A stretch of DNA of 64,000 nt, taken from contig CP068257.2 of assembly GCA_009914755.4 (NCBI GenBank), positions 33,408,001 through 33,472,000 on the forward strand, read 5' to 3'. Below the pieces are notes generated by a model. That model was not told the origin of the DNA, did not search any database, and saw only the letters and a list, made by a program, of their open reading frames with translations. The translations under genes and the position numbers were made by a program. Source of the stretch: the human T2T-CHM13v2.0 reference genome, Homo sapiens. Below, one piece after another: positions 29,750 through 44,102 of this stretch. Numbering within the stretch: the stretch's first letter is position 1; every line of letters starts with the position of its first letter.

Positions 29750-29850
29750 TATATGTGGATGTATGTATATGTATTGTATATTATATATGATATTATATTA
29801 CACATATATGTATTACATATCATGTATACTATTTATTTATTTATTTATTT
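29750..29850. repeat. TA/TG-rich low-complexity region plus (TTTA)n.
   Basis: atatgtggatgtatgtatatgtattgtatattatatatgatattatattacacatatatgtattacatatcatgtatactatttatttatttatttatttt. Confidence 0.8.
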
Positions 29851-29859
29851 TGGTAAGAA

Positions 29860-30480
29860 TATTTAACATGAGATCTACCCTCTTAACCAATTTTCAAGTG
29901 TACAGTATTGTTAAAAATACTTATATATAGGCATTATGCTGTACATCACATCTCTAGAAAGTAGTCATCACGTCTAATTAAAACTATGCCAACCGAGCAA
30001 TTTCAGATTTCTCCCTCCTCTCCTGGTAACTTCTGTTCCACTTGCTAATTCCATGAGTTTGACTATTTTAGATACCTCATATTAAGTAATATCATGCAGT
30101 ATGTATCCTTCCATGGCTGACTTATTTCACTTAGCATAATGTTCTCCAGGTTCATCTATGTTGTTGCATATTGCTATACTTCCTCCTTTTTTAAGGCTGA
30201 ATAATTCCACTATATGCATATAACCATATTTTCTTAATTCACTCATCTGCCAATGGACATTTAGGTTTTTTCCACATTTTGCCTATTGTGAATAGTGCTG
30301 CAATGAACTTGGGAGTATAAAGAAATATCTCTTTGAGATCCTGATTTCAATTCTTTCGAATAAATACCCAGAAGTGGGATTCCTGGATCATATAGTAGTT
30401 TTATTTTTAATTTTTGAGAAACCTTCACATTGTTGTCCATAGCAGTTGTACCATTTTGCATTCCCACTAACAAGTATAAT
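29860..30480 (-). mobile_element. L1 LINE fragment (3' region), antisense.
   Basis: Reverse-complement L1 hallmark segments: gcataatgttctccaggttcatctatgttgttgcatattgctatacttcctcc...ggctgaataattccactatatgcatataaccatattttcttaattcactcatctgccaatggacatttaggtt...cctattgtgaatagtgctgcaatgaacttgggagt...cccagaagtgggattcctggatcatatagtagttttatttttaatttttgagaaaccttcacattgttgtccatagcagttgtaccattttgcattcccactaacaag. Confidence 0.85.
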
Positions 30481-30540
30481 ATGTGTGTGTGTATAATGTT
30501 TGTGTGTGTATATATGTATGTATATACACACATATGAAAT
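30478..30540. repeat. (TG)n/(TA)n compound microsatellite.
   Basis: atatgtgtgtgtgtataatgtttgtgtgtgtatatatgtatgtatatacacacatatg. Confidence 0.85.
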
Positions 30541-31251
30541 CAAATATATACTAATTGAAGATACTGTTTCACACACAAGGCTTGTATCTGAGATACTAAT
30601 CCTTCCAGGATAAGATAATTTGGAGAATTAGCAAGCATTAGCAGAACTAAAGCATTATTTGGAGTAAAAAGGAAGAGTATTCTTCTGGTTTCCATAGTCA
30701 GAGGGCAATGCTATTTGTGTGCCAGACACATCAGAGCTATAAAGGCCTTCGATTATTGTGGAATATTACTTTTAGTTGGTCTCCCTGTGCTTTTTTCACA
30801 TTTTAGCATTGTTCATAATTCTCTAACTTTATATTGAAAATGAAGTCCCAAGGATATTATCTTTTGCCCACATGGACTGCATAGTGTGTGAACTGAGCCT
30901 TCAGACCTTACTCAGACTCAGAGTTGATGCTGAACAGACATTAGGGGGTTTCAGAAATTACCTGCAGCTCTTAAAGAAATTCTGAGCTACTTGGAAATTT
31001 TATTTCTTATGTCTGCATTAGTACTGTCATCAATGAACAGAAGTTCATGGAGCGTGCACTGTCAAATTTTGCAGGTGATCTTCAACCTATTCCTGTGGTG
31101 CTTTTGTGTTTAAACAAAGAATCCCATCATTATCCTTTTGATTGGTCTCACTTGCCAATTTCTGCTACTTTTAAATCACATTTCCATGATTGATGGACCT
31201 CTTTTCTATCTACCCCTCTATATTTGCTATGGCCATACCTATTTACGTGTG

Positions 31252-31322
31252 TACACATACACACACACACACACACACGTGTATATGTGTATACATATAC
31301 ATATGTATGTATGTGTGTATTT
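31252..31322. repeat. (CA)n/(TG)n/(TA)n compound microsatellite.
   Basis: cacatacacacacacacacacacgtgtatatgtgtatacatatacatatgtatgtatgtgtgta. Confidence 0.85.
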
Positions 31323-31506
31323 AGCTTTATCTTCTCCTCAAAACCTAACTCTAAGAGCCCTTCCTCCATTTCCTTATCTATTAGAGTTTACATTTGGGTC
31401 TGTCCCCCCACACCCTGCTTGGGCTCATGATTTTTATGCTTTTATATAATTAGTGTGTAGCATGCTCCAAGGATCATAGCAACATTGCTTTCCTGTGATC
31501 CTATAA

Positions 31507-31808
<302 letters not shown>

Positions 31809-34067
31809 CTCCTATAATTCTTTTATTATTGCAACATAAATTTACTTGTCTTAATCTTAGGTAGAATTATTCAGTTCCCCCTTTATCCCTGCATTGTTTA
31901 TCTCTTCTGATCTTTTTCCTGGGCCTTACCAAATATCAGGAACACCCCACTTTCTCTGCAACCTTATATATTTCACTGAGTATTTATTGAGTACTCAATT
32001 ATTTCACTGAGTATTTATTTTCTAGCCATGGACAAGATGAACCTGGTTGGTTATACTTAGAAGAAGGTTTACAGTCTTATAAGCCATTCACATTGGAAAT
32101 GAATGAATAGCAAATACTGAAAGCACAGGTATGGCCAGGATTAAAACTAGGGTAAGGTGAGTGAGGCTCCCAGGATGCAAAATTTAAAGAGGCATCGACT
32201 CTCAGTGTCGACCCCGTGTCGCACAACCTGAAGGGTGAGGGCTTCCTTAAATTTTGCACCTTAGGTGCCTCTCTTGCCTTGCCATTGTCCTGACCTTGGG
32301 TATGGCTCATGAAACTAAGCAGAGACCATGAGCTGGGCAGAGGGCGGTGTCTGAGTCAGGAAGGGGTTTTGTGGCTGAAAAACTTGTAGCCACAAAATAA
32401 TGGAGTCCTGAGCTGGACCTTGACAACATATGCAAGTTTCATTTTGTCTGTACTAGACGTGTACAGTTTTGACCGACAAAAGAACAGGGGGAGGAGAAAG
32501 AAGGGGAAGGGCTATGAGGTGAAAGGCAGATCAGAAATAAGCCCAGCTTGGAAGAAAGTGAGGATCCCAACCTGGCAGAGAAAGAGGAGCTGATGAAGGA
32601 GACTAGAGAAGGACCCGTCTGGAAATACAGAACTTGGTCCAAGTAAAGGAGGACCTTGAAGGTCAGGCTGACAAATTTGCTTTTATTCTGTGCATAATGG
32701 GGAGTCACCAAAACCCAGGAAAGTGAGGGGATGAAATCAGAACTTTTGGAAAATTGATCCAGTAGTGGCATCTATGATTATTTGATTAATCTATTGACTC
32801 TTGATAGCAGAGGTCTTGGCTATTTTTGCTCATTACTGTATCTCCAGCATCTATCACTGTGTTTGATATGCAGAAACTTTTTGATGAATGAATTAATGGA
32901 TAAATGGATGGATGAGGCTTTATTAGGACTAGAGGCTGGGGAACCAGAGGTTGTAGTATTCAGCTATGGAGTAACGAGCTCCTTAACTAAGGATGTGGGT
33001 AGCAGGAATGGAAAGCAATGGGACTGTGATAGTTGACTGCATTAAGAGCCTCAGTTTTTTGGACCTCCTTGTAATCTTTCCCTTTGCCCTGTAACTGTGG
33101 TCTCATCCCACTCTGACCCTGAGCTTGGCCTTATGACTTGCTTTGGGACAGTCACAAACTTGATGTAACCAGAGGCTTAAAATGGAAAAGTGCTTCCACA
33201 TCAGAATATGCTGGGCTGGTGTATGGGAAGGTGAGACACATGGAAGACAAGAGCCAGTCTTCCCAGCTGAGGCTATCCTAGACCAGCTGATAGCTAGCTG
33301 ACCACTGGCCACTTAACTGAGCTCCAGCCCAATGTAGAAGAACTGGCCAGCCAAACCCAGCCATGACCAGCAGACTGCCTTGCTTTCTCATAGAAACACG
33401 ATCAATAATACAGGATTGTTGTTTCAAGCCATAGAGTTATTGGGTGGCTTGTAAGACTGAATTATTGTGGCAATAGTTCCTGCAGAAGAGGTAGAGATTC
33501 TGAAAGCATCAGAATGGAGCTGCAGCTGTGGCTGCAAGACTGAGTCAGTTAATTTGCAAAGTAAAAGAGAATATAAAACTGAAGGTGGGGAATGAATAAA
33601 AGAAAGGAGTAGGAGGAGAAAGGAGCCAGAGGAAGGCTGGCAAGTGAAGTAGGACAAAGATAAAGGGAGTACAGTGCAAGCCAAGGGAGGAAGAATTGTC
33701 AAGGGAGGGAAGGGAAACAGAGTTAGATGCTGAAAACAGAGAGGCATGAAAAACAAAGACTATGGAAAGGTCAACAGATTTGATAAGAAAGAGTTACTTG
33801 AGGTCTGTTCCTTCATGACACCTCATCAGACTAAACAGAAGGGTGACATCCAATTTTGCTGGCATGCAGATGAGCAGTTCTTCCTCTGCTTGAATAGAAA
33901 GTTAATATGAAGTTAATGATTACTCTTTTGATGTTGTTCGAATATATATGTTGATTATATGGCTTTTCTGTTTCAATTTAATTCAAAAATATTAATATAG
34001 CATGTACTTGATAGAACAGAGATAAATTACATGTAAAGAAAGATTTTGAGTACTCCTTGTTCCTGCT

Positions 34068-36050
34068 TTTTTTAAAAAATTTTTTATTCTTATTTTTAAT
34101 TCAAGTTTTATTTTAGGTATAGAGGGTACATGTGCAGATTTGTTACATGGGTGTGTTGTACCCAGGTAGTGAGCATAGTACCTAATATGCAGTTTTTTAA
34201 TCCACAGCCCACCTCCTTTCCCACTCTAGTAGTCTGCAGTGTCTATTATTCCCAAGTTTATGTCCATGTGTGCCCAGCATTTAGCTCCCATTTGTAAGCA
34301 AGAACATGTGGTATTTAGTTTTCTGTTCCTGCATTAATTCACTTAGCATTATGGCCTCTAGCTCTATCCATGTTGCTATAAAGGACATGATTTCACTCAT
34401 TTATGGCTGTGTGCTATTCCATGGTGTATGTGTACCATAGATTCTTTATCCAGGCTACCACTGACGGGCACCTAGGTTGATTCCATGTCTTTGCTGTTGT
34501 GAAAAGTGCAGCGATGAACATATGAGTGCATGTGTTTTTCGGGTATAATGATAGTAGCTCTGTTTCAAGTTCTTTGAGAAATCTCCAAACTGCTTTCCAT
34601 AGTGGCTGACCTAACTTGCATTCCTATCAATAGTTTATAAGCATTCTCTTTTTCCCACAGCCTCGCCAACATCTGTTGTTTTTTGACTTTTTAATAATAA
34701 CCATTCTGACTAGTGTGAGATGGTATCTCATTGTGGTTTTGATTTGCATTTCTCTGATGATTAGTTACAGTGAGCAATTTTTTTATGTTTTTGGGCCACA
34801 GATATGTCTTCTTTTGAGTAGTGTCTGTTTATGTCCTTTGCCCACTTTTTAATTGGTTGTTTTTTGATTGCTGATTTGTTTAAGTTCCTCATAGATTCTG
34901 GGTATTAGACTTTTGTCAGATGCATAGTTTGCAAATAATTTCTCCCATTCTGCAGGTTGTCTGTTTAATCCATTGATAGTTTCTTTTGCTGTGCAGAAGC
35001 TCTTTAGTTTAATTAGGACCCACTTGTCAATTTTTTTTTTTGTTTCAATTGCTTTTGGGGACTTAGCCAAAAGTTATTTGCCAAGACCAATGCTGAGAAG
35101 GGTATTTCTTAGGTTTTCTTCTAGGATTTTTATAGTTTGATACCTTACATTTAAATCTTTACCCCATCTTGAGTTAGTTTTGGTATATGGTGAGAGCTAA
35201 AGGTCCAGTTTCATTCTTCTGCATATGGCTAGCCAGAAATCCCAGCATCAGTCATTGAATAGGGAGTCCTTCCCCATTGCTTACTTCTGTTGGCTTTGTC
35301 AAAGGTCAGATGGTTCCAAGTGTGCAGCTTTATTTCTGAGTTTTCTATTCTGTTGCCTTGGTCTACATGTCTGTTTTTGTACCAGTACCATGATGTTTTG
35401 GTTACTATAGCCTTATACTGAAGGCTATACCCAACTTGAAGTTGGGTAGTGTGATGTCTTTGGCTTTCTTCTTTTTCCTTAGAATTGCTTTGGTTATTTG
35501 GGCTCTTTTTTGGTTCTATATAAATTTTATAATCGTTTTCTCTAATTCTGTGAAGAATGACATTGGTAGTTCGATAGGAATAGTGTTGTAAATTTCTATG
35601 GGCAGTATGGCCATTTTAACAATATTGACTCTTCCAACCTATGAGCATGGAATGTTTTTCGATTTATTTGTGTCACCTCTGATTTTTTTCCGTGGTATTT
35701 TGAAGTTCTCCTAGTACAGATCTTTCACCTCCTTGGTTAGCTGTATTCCTAGGTGTTTCATTTCCTTTGTGGCTATTGCACATGGGATTGTGTTCCTGAT
35801 TTGACTCTTAGCCTGGACATTATTCGTGTATAGATATGTTACTGATTTTTGTACACTGGTTTTGTATCCTGAAACCTTACTAAAATTGTCTATCAGTTAG
35901 TAGTCTTTTGGCAGAGTCTTAAGGGTTTCTCTATATAAAATCATATCACCAGTGAAGAGAGATAGTTTGTCTTCTTCTTTTCCTATTTGGATACCTTCTT
36001 TCTTTTGCCTGATTGCTTTGGCTAGGACTTCCAACAGCTAGATTTTGAAA
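34068..36050 (-). mobile_element. L1 LINE (L1P-like) 3' part, about 2 kb, antisense. It includes an ORF2 C-terminal remnant (track ORF 34849-35070, minus).
   Basis: Starts with a T-rich reverse-complement 3' end, then ggtatagagggtacatgtgcagatttgttacatgggtgt...ccaggtagtgagcatagtacctaat.... The ORF-track peptide [73 protein letters not shown] is a classic L1 ORF2 C-terminal sequence. Characteristic L1 sequence continues to about 36050. Confidence 0.9.
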
Positions 36051-37194
36051 GCATGTTCGAGATGGGCTGTTGTGGGGTAAATAGGGATGGTCCTTCAAAA
36101 AGAAGGACAGTTCACAGCAGCTGTAGGTGATGAGTCTTGGCAGGATGCTGTGGCCACTGGTGCTATTAAGATATGATGAATATGGGATAACAGAGTGAGG
36201 TGTCCAGGGATTTCCAAAGAGTGTTCAAGAACTATTTGGACACCTGATCCTCAGGGAAGATATAAAAAGGTCAAGAGTGGGCACTGAAGAAGGAAGTCTT
36301 TGAAGAGAGTGATTGAAATGTAACTGATGCACTCGTCTTCTCCGACCTTAGTGACCAAAGCATAGAGGGGAGCCTGTCTGTCACATGAAATCTAGCAAGA
36401 GGGGCTTGAATCGGATCATGCAGGGAGCATGCGTCCATCAGTCGAGGTCTGACTTATCCCCTGGGAGAGTGGAAGTGTCCTCTTGTAAAGTAGGATAGAC
36501 AGGGATAGCATTAGGAACTTCCCACATGCCCCTTTAGGAATCCTCAAATATGGAATCCCTAAACGAGATGTTGGCTAGGCATTGTTTTAAAAGGGATTTT
36601 GCCTAAGAAGGTGGACTTTTCAGGCAAGGAGATTTTAGCCCAAAGAGGTTATGATACAGACCACTGGGAGCAGCAGCCAAGAAGGAAGGGAGGAGGGGCC
36701 GATAGCCTAGAGAGGGTACAGCTTCTGTAAGGGCAGTTTCAGCAGAAGGACCCTAATGGGAGTGCCAATCAATGTGGAACCCATGAGAGTACACAGGGCA
36801 GAAGCAATTGGCAATAAACATCTATGAGGCCCAGAGAGAGCTGAGCCATCTGATACTAGCAGCAGACAAGCAGCCTCCCCATCCTCCTCCCTGTCTCCCT
36901 TCACCCTCCCCAGCATGGCAGTGTGAGATGTCTTGGTTAGCAAGGAGTAAGGGTGGATGGAGGAATCTAGGCTGCTGGAAGAAAGGAGCTTGGCCACATT
37001 CCATTAACCCAACCAAGCAGTCGCCCCAGTAGGCTCCAACTGTGGCTATGGGAGTCAAATCAAGTTTTCAGTTTTGATGATTTGAGATTCTGCGATTTAG
37101 AGTGACCATAGGACTTTTCTTATCTAAGTGAGAGGCAGAGAAAGGATCGCCCACATTGAATATATTTAAAAGAATAGTGAAAGACAAAAATCAA

Positions 37195-37665
37195 GTGAGT
37201 TTTCAAAAAGTGGAAACAATACAATGTGTCCATTGAGTCGAATGGATGAATGGATAGAAAAAATGTGGCGTACATGTAAAGTGAAATATTATTCTGTCCT
37301 AAGAAGAAGTGAAATTGTGATGTGCACTACAACACGGGTGGACATTAAAAGCATTATATTTAGTGAAATCATCCAGACACAGAAGGACAAATATTGTACG
37401 ATTCTACTTATGTAAGGTAGCCAAAATAGACAAATTCATAGAGACAGAAGGTAGAATAGAGGCTACCAGGGGCTGACAGGTTGAGGGAAAGGCAAACCAT
37501 TGTTGGATGAGCATAGAATTTCAGATTGGAAAGATAAAATTCTGGAGATGGATAGCAGTGATAGTCGCTTAACAAAGTGAATGTAATTAATGGCACAGAA
37601 TTGCACACGAATGAATAGTTAAAATGATAAATATTATGTATATTTTACCACAATAAAAAAAATTA
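37195..37665 (+). mobile_element. L1 LINE 3' end fragment (older L1P/L1M subfamily).
   Basis: ...atggatgaatggatagaaaaaatgtggcgtacatgtaaagtgaaatattattctgtcctaagaagaagtgaaattgtgatgtgcactacaacacgggtggacattaaaagcattatatttagtgaaatcatccagacacagaaggacaaatattgtacgattctacttatgtaaggtagccaaaatagacaaattcatagagacagaaggtagaatagaggctaccaggggctga..., ending in an A-rich stretch near 37660. Confidence 0.85.
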
Positions 37666-38223
37666 AGTGGCTTGTATGATTAGAATTCTTTGTGTTTAAA
37701 ATAACTCTTTATATCCATGATAAGACTCTTATATAATGGTTTATATAATGGTCTGTACATCTTCTGGGTGAGTAGCAGTGGATTTATTTATTAATTATTA
37801 CTCATCCCCTTCCCCTTATCAATGCTGGGTTGGACAGTTGGATATAGATATGGCCAAGACCCGGCTCTTGGCTTTAGGTGATTGGGTTAGTGTAGTCTAT
37901 CTTTTGTCGTGAGACCCTCAAGAAGGCTTGTTTAATTCAGTGTGCAACACAGTTAATATAATACTTCTTAACTCATTGGCATTACTAAATCTTTATTATT
38001 TTTATGATAATTAGAGGAAGCAATTAGAAGACTGTCCAGCAAAATGATTCTTCAGAAAGTTTCTGATTTAGCTGCATTCTCTGTGGCACTCTATACCTGC
38101 TGTCTACTTACAGAGGAACGTAGAGTTGTGTCTTAATTGAGAAAAATAAAACTTAAAATCATTTTTTTCTAGAATATAAATTACTATTATTAGGGTTGAC
38201 TGCAAAAACTCTACAGACCCACA

Positions 38224-38370
38224 AACTCAGACACACACACAAACACATACACACATACATACACACACAAACACAAACACACACACAAACACACATACAC
38301 AAACACACACACACAAACACACACAAACACACACACACAAACACACACACACACACACACACACACGCGC
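38224..38370. repeat. Long impure (CA)n / (CAAA)(CACA) microsatellite, about 145 bp.
   Basis: cagacacacacacaaacacatacacacatacatacacacacaaacacaaacacacacacaaacacacatacacaaacacacacacacaaacacacacaaacacacacacacaaacacacacacacacacacacacacacgcgc. Confidence 0.95.
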
Positions 38371-39214
38371 TTTAGTCCAGGATATTGATTTCACTTTAAA
38401 CTCTGGCCTCACTTGGCACGAATGTTTGGGCAAGCCCTAACATATTACCTTTGGGTATTCCCCATTCCTGTAGTTAGTCAACCACACAGAGGGCAGATCT
38501 AGAGGAGATAACTGATTTAATGATAAGTTAAAGGATTAATCCTTTTTCTGCAGCATCTTAATATGCAGAGATTATCTTGTCTGATGCCTGAGTTATAAAT
38601 ATATTGCCACTCGTGTTTAATCCCACACACCACCTATCTTTTCCTTGAATCTACTCAAGTGTTCAACAACAGCCTTCTAGGTTTCTGCCTCCCAGGTAAT
38701 TCAGATGAAACCAGGAAATCATGCTGATAAAATAGTTTCATCCTGCTTGGAATTGCGTACCTCGCAGTGCACCCTTTTCAGAGAAGCTAAAGGAAATTCA
38801 AAATAAGAGATGGAGTCATGACTCGGGGATGACAACTATGTCTCTGTGTTCTGCTGTATTCAGGACAGTGTGGATCATGGACTACCTAGGACCTGCTTCT
38901 GAAGGTAGTGAGAAGCAGACTCAACCATGAATTCCTTTAGACTCAGAACCCTTCACCTATTAATATATACAACATACACACATTTTAACTCCAAGACTTC
39001 CATTTTTATTCCTATCACTTATCCAATCTAGGGAGCTTTAGCTTACCCTCTCTTTTTGAGTGGACTGAAAACATTTGGATAAATCAGGTGATTCCACCGT
39101 ACTTCAAACCCTCACCTTAATGGAGAAACATATTTTTGGCCCATCACTTCCTTTGAATTTCAAGTTTATCCCTACCAAGGACATATTTCTCTGATGTACT
39201 AAGGGTAGGCTTGC

Positions 39215-39265
39215 CAGACTTAGCAAAACAAAACAAAACAAAACAGAAAAACAAACAAAAAACAG
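39215..39265. repeat. (AAAAC)n pentanucleotide repeat.
   Basis: gcaaaacaaaacaaaacaaaacagaaaaacaaacaaaaaac. Confidence 0.85.
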
Positions 39266-40619
39266 CATGTATTGTTAACTCTGAAGTTTTGAGAAACAAT
39301 GAATGAGTTTTTAGCATGTCCCAAATACAGCATGGGACACGGGTAAAGAATTATTCATTGCTTGTTTGTAATTCAAACTTAACTGGGCAGATTTAATTCA
39401 TTTACTTTAATTCATTTAATCTGGCAATCCCTGTTGACAGCCAAGATGTGAGACATGCATGTGGACACATTTCACCTAAGAAACAGAAAGCTTTGGGGGT
39501 TTATTTAAACATACAGGAGAAGATAATAGAGTACGCCATTGAACTTCAATCACTGCAGGCTGCTGTGGATTTTTTTTTTTCCTTTTTTCTTGCATCCTTT
39601 TCAAGGACCTGGAGAAGTGTTAAATACCAGGCTCACCCTGCTAATGGTTTACCCACCAGTAAGAAACAATGGCAAAAGGGATCATTTACCTTGTTTTCTC
39701 CATGCGGGACTCACCTGCTTTCGGGTCCAGGCGAACTCGCTGTGGTATTGTTCTTCTCTGCTAGGTTTCCAAAGGAGAGCCCAGGCGCGTTAATTGCTGG
39801 GTGGCAGCTACACTAAATGCAAGTGGACGACAGCTGGGTGCCGGGCTCGCTCTGCAAGAGAAGGTTTGGGTTTCCATTGTAGTCCGCATCATAATCCGCA
39901 CCCTTCCATCTGCACTAACTGTTGTTTTAGGTCTCAAGTAATTGGCTGGAGCTGAAAACATAAACACCTCCACGCGCTTGCCCTTATCATTTTCTTTTTA
40001 TGTTGGTTTAGGAAATACACCTGAGAGACCAAATGCATACAATGAATCCAGCAATTACCAACCACCATGGGCGGACAGCAAATGCTCAAACAACAAAACA
40101 CCCAAGGATGGGCGGCTGCTGGCTTCTGACTTTCCTCATGGGGATGGGGGTCCCAGATCTGGGTCTAGGACTCCCTCCCACTTCTGTCCTGGGACAGCTG
40201 ATTTCAATACTGCCAAAGACGTGGAACTTTTCTTAAGAAGGTTCTCTCCTGATTTATTTTGAGTAAACAACTGATACAGGTTATGTATAGTGCTGGGAAA
40301 ACTAATGCAGAGAAAGAGGAGGGACATAACTAGTTTTGTTGTCATCTGTGGAACATTTAATTGCAAAATTGTTGAAAGGAAAATTAGACCTCTCTTTCCC
40401 CCTCCCCCCCCCCCCCCAAGTATGGCTTTGGCAGAAAAATCCCAAAGAAAATTAGAAAGTGGAGATTAAGGGTGAAGATAGGGAGAGACATTCAAAAACA
40501 CCACCACCATTTCATACCTTTGGGGCTGAGTTCTTTAGTCATTCAACAAGCATTTCTTGACCACATTCTATGTATTGGACACCGTTTTACTGAGCAAGAC
40601 AATTTAGAATGAGGTTGTG

Positions 40620-40900
40620 AACATGAACTTGGAGCTACCTGGGTTTGTAATCCCAGTTCAGCCACCTACTAGCTACGTGTCCTTGAGCCATCTACTTAAA
40701 CTATCTGTGCCTCCTTTCTCTCACTTGTTGAATGGAAATAATACCATTAAGTCCTTCATAAGGTCTCTGTGAAATGGAAATAATAATATTTCTTACCCCA
40801 TAGGGTCATTGTGAGGATTAAATTGGTTAATGCCTGTGAAGCACTTAGAAAAATTCTTGGTACATATTAACTACCAAGTACATATTAGCTCTTATTTGGT
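40620..40900 (+). mobile_element. MIR SINE.
   Basis: ...gagccatctacttaaactatctgtgcctcctttctctcacttgttgaatggaaataataccattaagtccttcataaggtctctgtgaaatggaaataataatatttcttaccccatagggtcattgtgaggattaaattggttaatgcctgtgaagcacttagaaaaattcttggtacatattaac. The MIR core and 3' motifs are recognisable. Confidence 0.7.
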
Positions 40901-42033
40901 GGTGATGTTGTGTTGCTGTTTAACATGAACGAATGTGCCATGTGACATTTTGCGTAAATGATGATGAAAGGGAAGAAACATTACCCCAAACCTATTAGTG
41001 AAAGACTGGGTAGACATGGTTTTTACTCATGCTCCCTCCTGCAGATAGTAAATTACTTAGGAAGTTGTTTTTGTCACTTTCTACTTTGGTCCCCAAACAT
41101 CAAGAACATGGTTTCTTTAAATAATTCTTGAAAAATTGTTAGAACAACAATGATATGGGCTATCCATAGGAACATGTAGAAAGCATGTTTGCAATCACCT
41201 ACCTGAAAATTAGAATTATCATCTTGGGTATGTTAAATTGAATTAAGTTTGGCCCAAAGCTGCCTCCATCCATATTTTAAGGTTGGCCTAACAGCTTCTC
41301 CACGCATAGCAAACTGTAACCTAACCTGATGGTTAAACAGACAGTAGCCTACGATTGTAACAAGTAGCCAAGTCTCAGTCAATCTGAGCAGTTGAGTTTC
41401 AGCCAATCATGGGGACCAACTGTTCAACCTGTGTTCTTAAAAGGCGAACACTGAGCTATCACCAATTCAGCTGTTTCTGTACCCACTTCTATTTTGTGTA
41501 CGTCACTTTTCTTTTTCTGTCTGTAAATATTATCCATGCAGCAGTCCTGGGGTTGCTCTGAATCTATTCTGGTTTGGGGGTGGGGCGGGGTGGGGGGGTG
41601 CCCGATTCATGAGTCGTTGTTTGTTCCTACATTCTGTTAAATTGAACGTGTCTAAAGTTTTTCTTTGAACAGGTAGTGGGACTGAGCTACTATTCAGAAT
41701 ATTCTCTGTGCCCCACTGTGGCTCGCCATCATACCTTCTGTATCTTTTGCTTATCTTCCTGTCATGAGACTAGCAAGGTCTTGACAGCACTCACCTGAAG
41801 CCATCAATCAATCAACTGAGGAAGACATCAATCTCTGTGATTGTAAACTACTGAGATCGGGTAGTTTGTGTAGTTTGTGGCCTTAATCTAGCCCACCCTG
41901 ACTGACACATTGACTCTAACCAATGACCACCTAACCCATTGTTTTATCTTTATTTGATGCCAGGATTGCCTTTTTGTTAGTTGGTTGACTCTTACAGGAA
42001 GAGTAGATGTTCATGTATTAAAAAGTAAAGCTT

Positions 42034-42337
42034 GGCCAGGTGCGGTGGCTCACGCCTGTAATCCCAGCACTTTGGGAGGCCGAGGTGGGCGGATCACGAG
42101 TTCAGGAGTTCAAGATCAGCCTGGCCAACATGGTGAAACCCTGTCTCTACTAAAAATACAAAAATTAGCTGGGGGTGGTGGCGCATGCCTGTAATCCTAG
42201 CTACTCAGCAGGCTGAGGCAGGAGGATTGCTTGAACCCGGGAGGCGGAGGTTGCAGTGAGCTGAGATAGCACCACTGCACTCCAGCCAGGGTGACAGAAT
42301 GAGAGTCTGTCTCAGAAAAAAAAAAAAAAAAAAAAAA
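42034..42337 (+). mobile_element. Alu SINE.
   Basis: ggccaggtgcggtggctcacgcctgtaatcccagcactttgggaggccgaggtggg ... ctcagaaaaaaaaaaaaaaaaaaaaaa. Imperfect target-site duplication aaaagtaaagctt / aaaaggaaggctt. Confidence 0.95.
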
Positions 42338-43751
42338 GGAAGGCTTACATCCCAAATAATTTGTGTTTCCTTAGTAAATTACTATGGATCCGCTACCCAT
42401 GCATTCATCTAAGTTCACCATCATTTTACTTATTCACTTATTTAACAGACCTTCTGTTAGTAACTAGTTTATATTGGACTTGGGTCTTGGTTCTGGGGGA
42501 AGCAGGTAAGTGGTTCAGAAATGCGTAAAACAGGGTTCCTGTCCTCAGCATGCTTATCAAGAGTGCAAAAATCTGTTTTAGGTGACATAAAGTTCTAGAC
42601 ACTTATTTGCTGGGCAAAGTAGAGTTGTGTCCTACTTGTACCACTCTGTTTAAACTTCAAGCCCTTCCCCCTAGCTACCAATATTTTATGAGTTGGCATT
42701 GACTTAGTGGTTACTCTAATTTGTAGTCTTCACAAGGGTTAAAATGTAAATCACATCTTTTGCACCTTGACTTTTCAGACTAAACATGTGTGTTTATTTA
42801 AATTAATCTCTCATTGACTGTCCTCACTATCTTCATAATGTTAGTTACCCCTTATTTGGCTATTTAAACCTCAGTAGTTTTTTTCTCTTTGGGGCAGATA
42901 TCTAGCTTAAGCAAATCTCTCCAGATTTTGACACCCTGTGACTTTGTTGGTGAGTTTTCTCTGTAATTTTTTTATTTTTTCAAAAAATATCCAGATGATA
43001 AACACTGTAAATATATTTTTGATTTATGTCAATTTCTGGCCAGAATTTTCTAGATAATAACTTCAGTCTTCTGTTATTTTTCCCCTTGTCATTCACTCAT
43101 GCTTGGGATTTTATATGCACTGGGGTCTGGGATAAGGGAGTAAAATTTACTTAACTTTGAGCACATTGTCACTTTTTCCAGCATCTTGGGTATATTACAT
43201 ATCTTATTAATTGCCAAATGACTCCTCTTTTAATAAGTTCTCAAATCTTTTAGTAGATCTAAGCTCTTAAACAAATAAACCCAATATTTCTTGTAGACAT
43301 GGACAAATGAAGTTTTGCATTTCAACCAAAGTAAGAGAATAGTCTTTAAAACACATATAAAATAAGAATAATAACAGGAAATGTTTTCTCTTCCTCTAGT
43401 GATCATATTTTCACTTGGAAAGATTTTTTTACATGAACAGAAAAGGAAAGTAATAATCTTATTTATTTTAATTATCAAATTAACCATCGTTGATGACTTA
43501 TAAAATACTGCTGTTTTAAAAAAGAGAATTAAAAATTAATAAAAGACAAAAATATTTAATGTTGATGTCTTCAACTATGAAATGCATTAAGAGTTTGCTA
43601 GTTATATATTAGCTGCCATAGATTGACTCTCTCGCTAAGCACCTTACATGGATTACCTGATTTAATCTTCATAATCCCTTTTTCATCTTCATTACCCCTT
43701 TTTCATCTTCATTCTCATTGCAGATGAGAAAACCATAGCATAAAGAGGCTA

Positions 43752-44102
<351 letters not shown>

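Noticed and set aside
34849-35070. 73-aa ORF with a clear L1 ORF2-like sequence.
   Set aside because: It is a real remnant of the L1 ORF2 C-terminus, but it is a short fragment inside a truncated, mutated antisense L1. It is not an intact or functional gene, so it is reported as part of the mobile element only.
40396-40418. Poly-C tract (ccctccccccccccccccc) and G-tract at 41575-41600 (ggtttgggggtggggcggggtgggggggtg).
   Set aside because: These are short homopolymer or G-rich runs, common in the human genome. G-quadruplex potential is possible for 41575-41600 but not distinctive enough to report as a finding.
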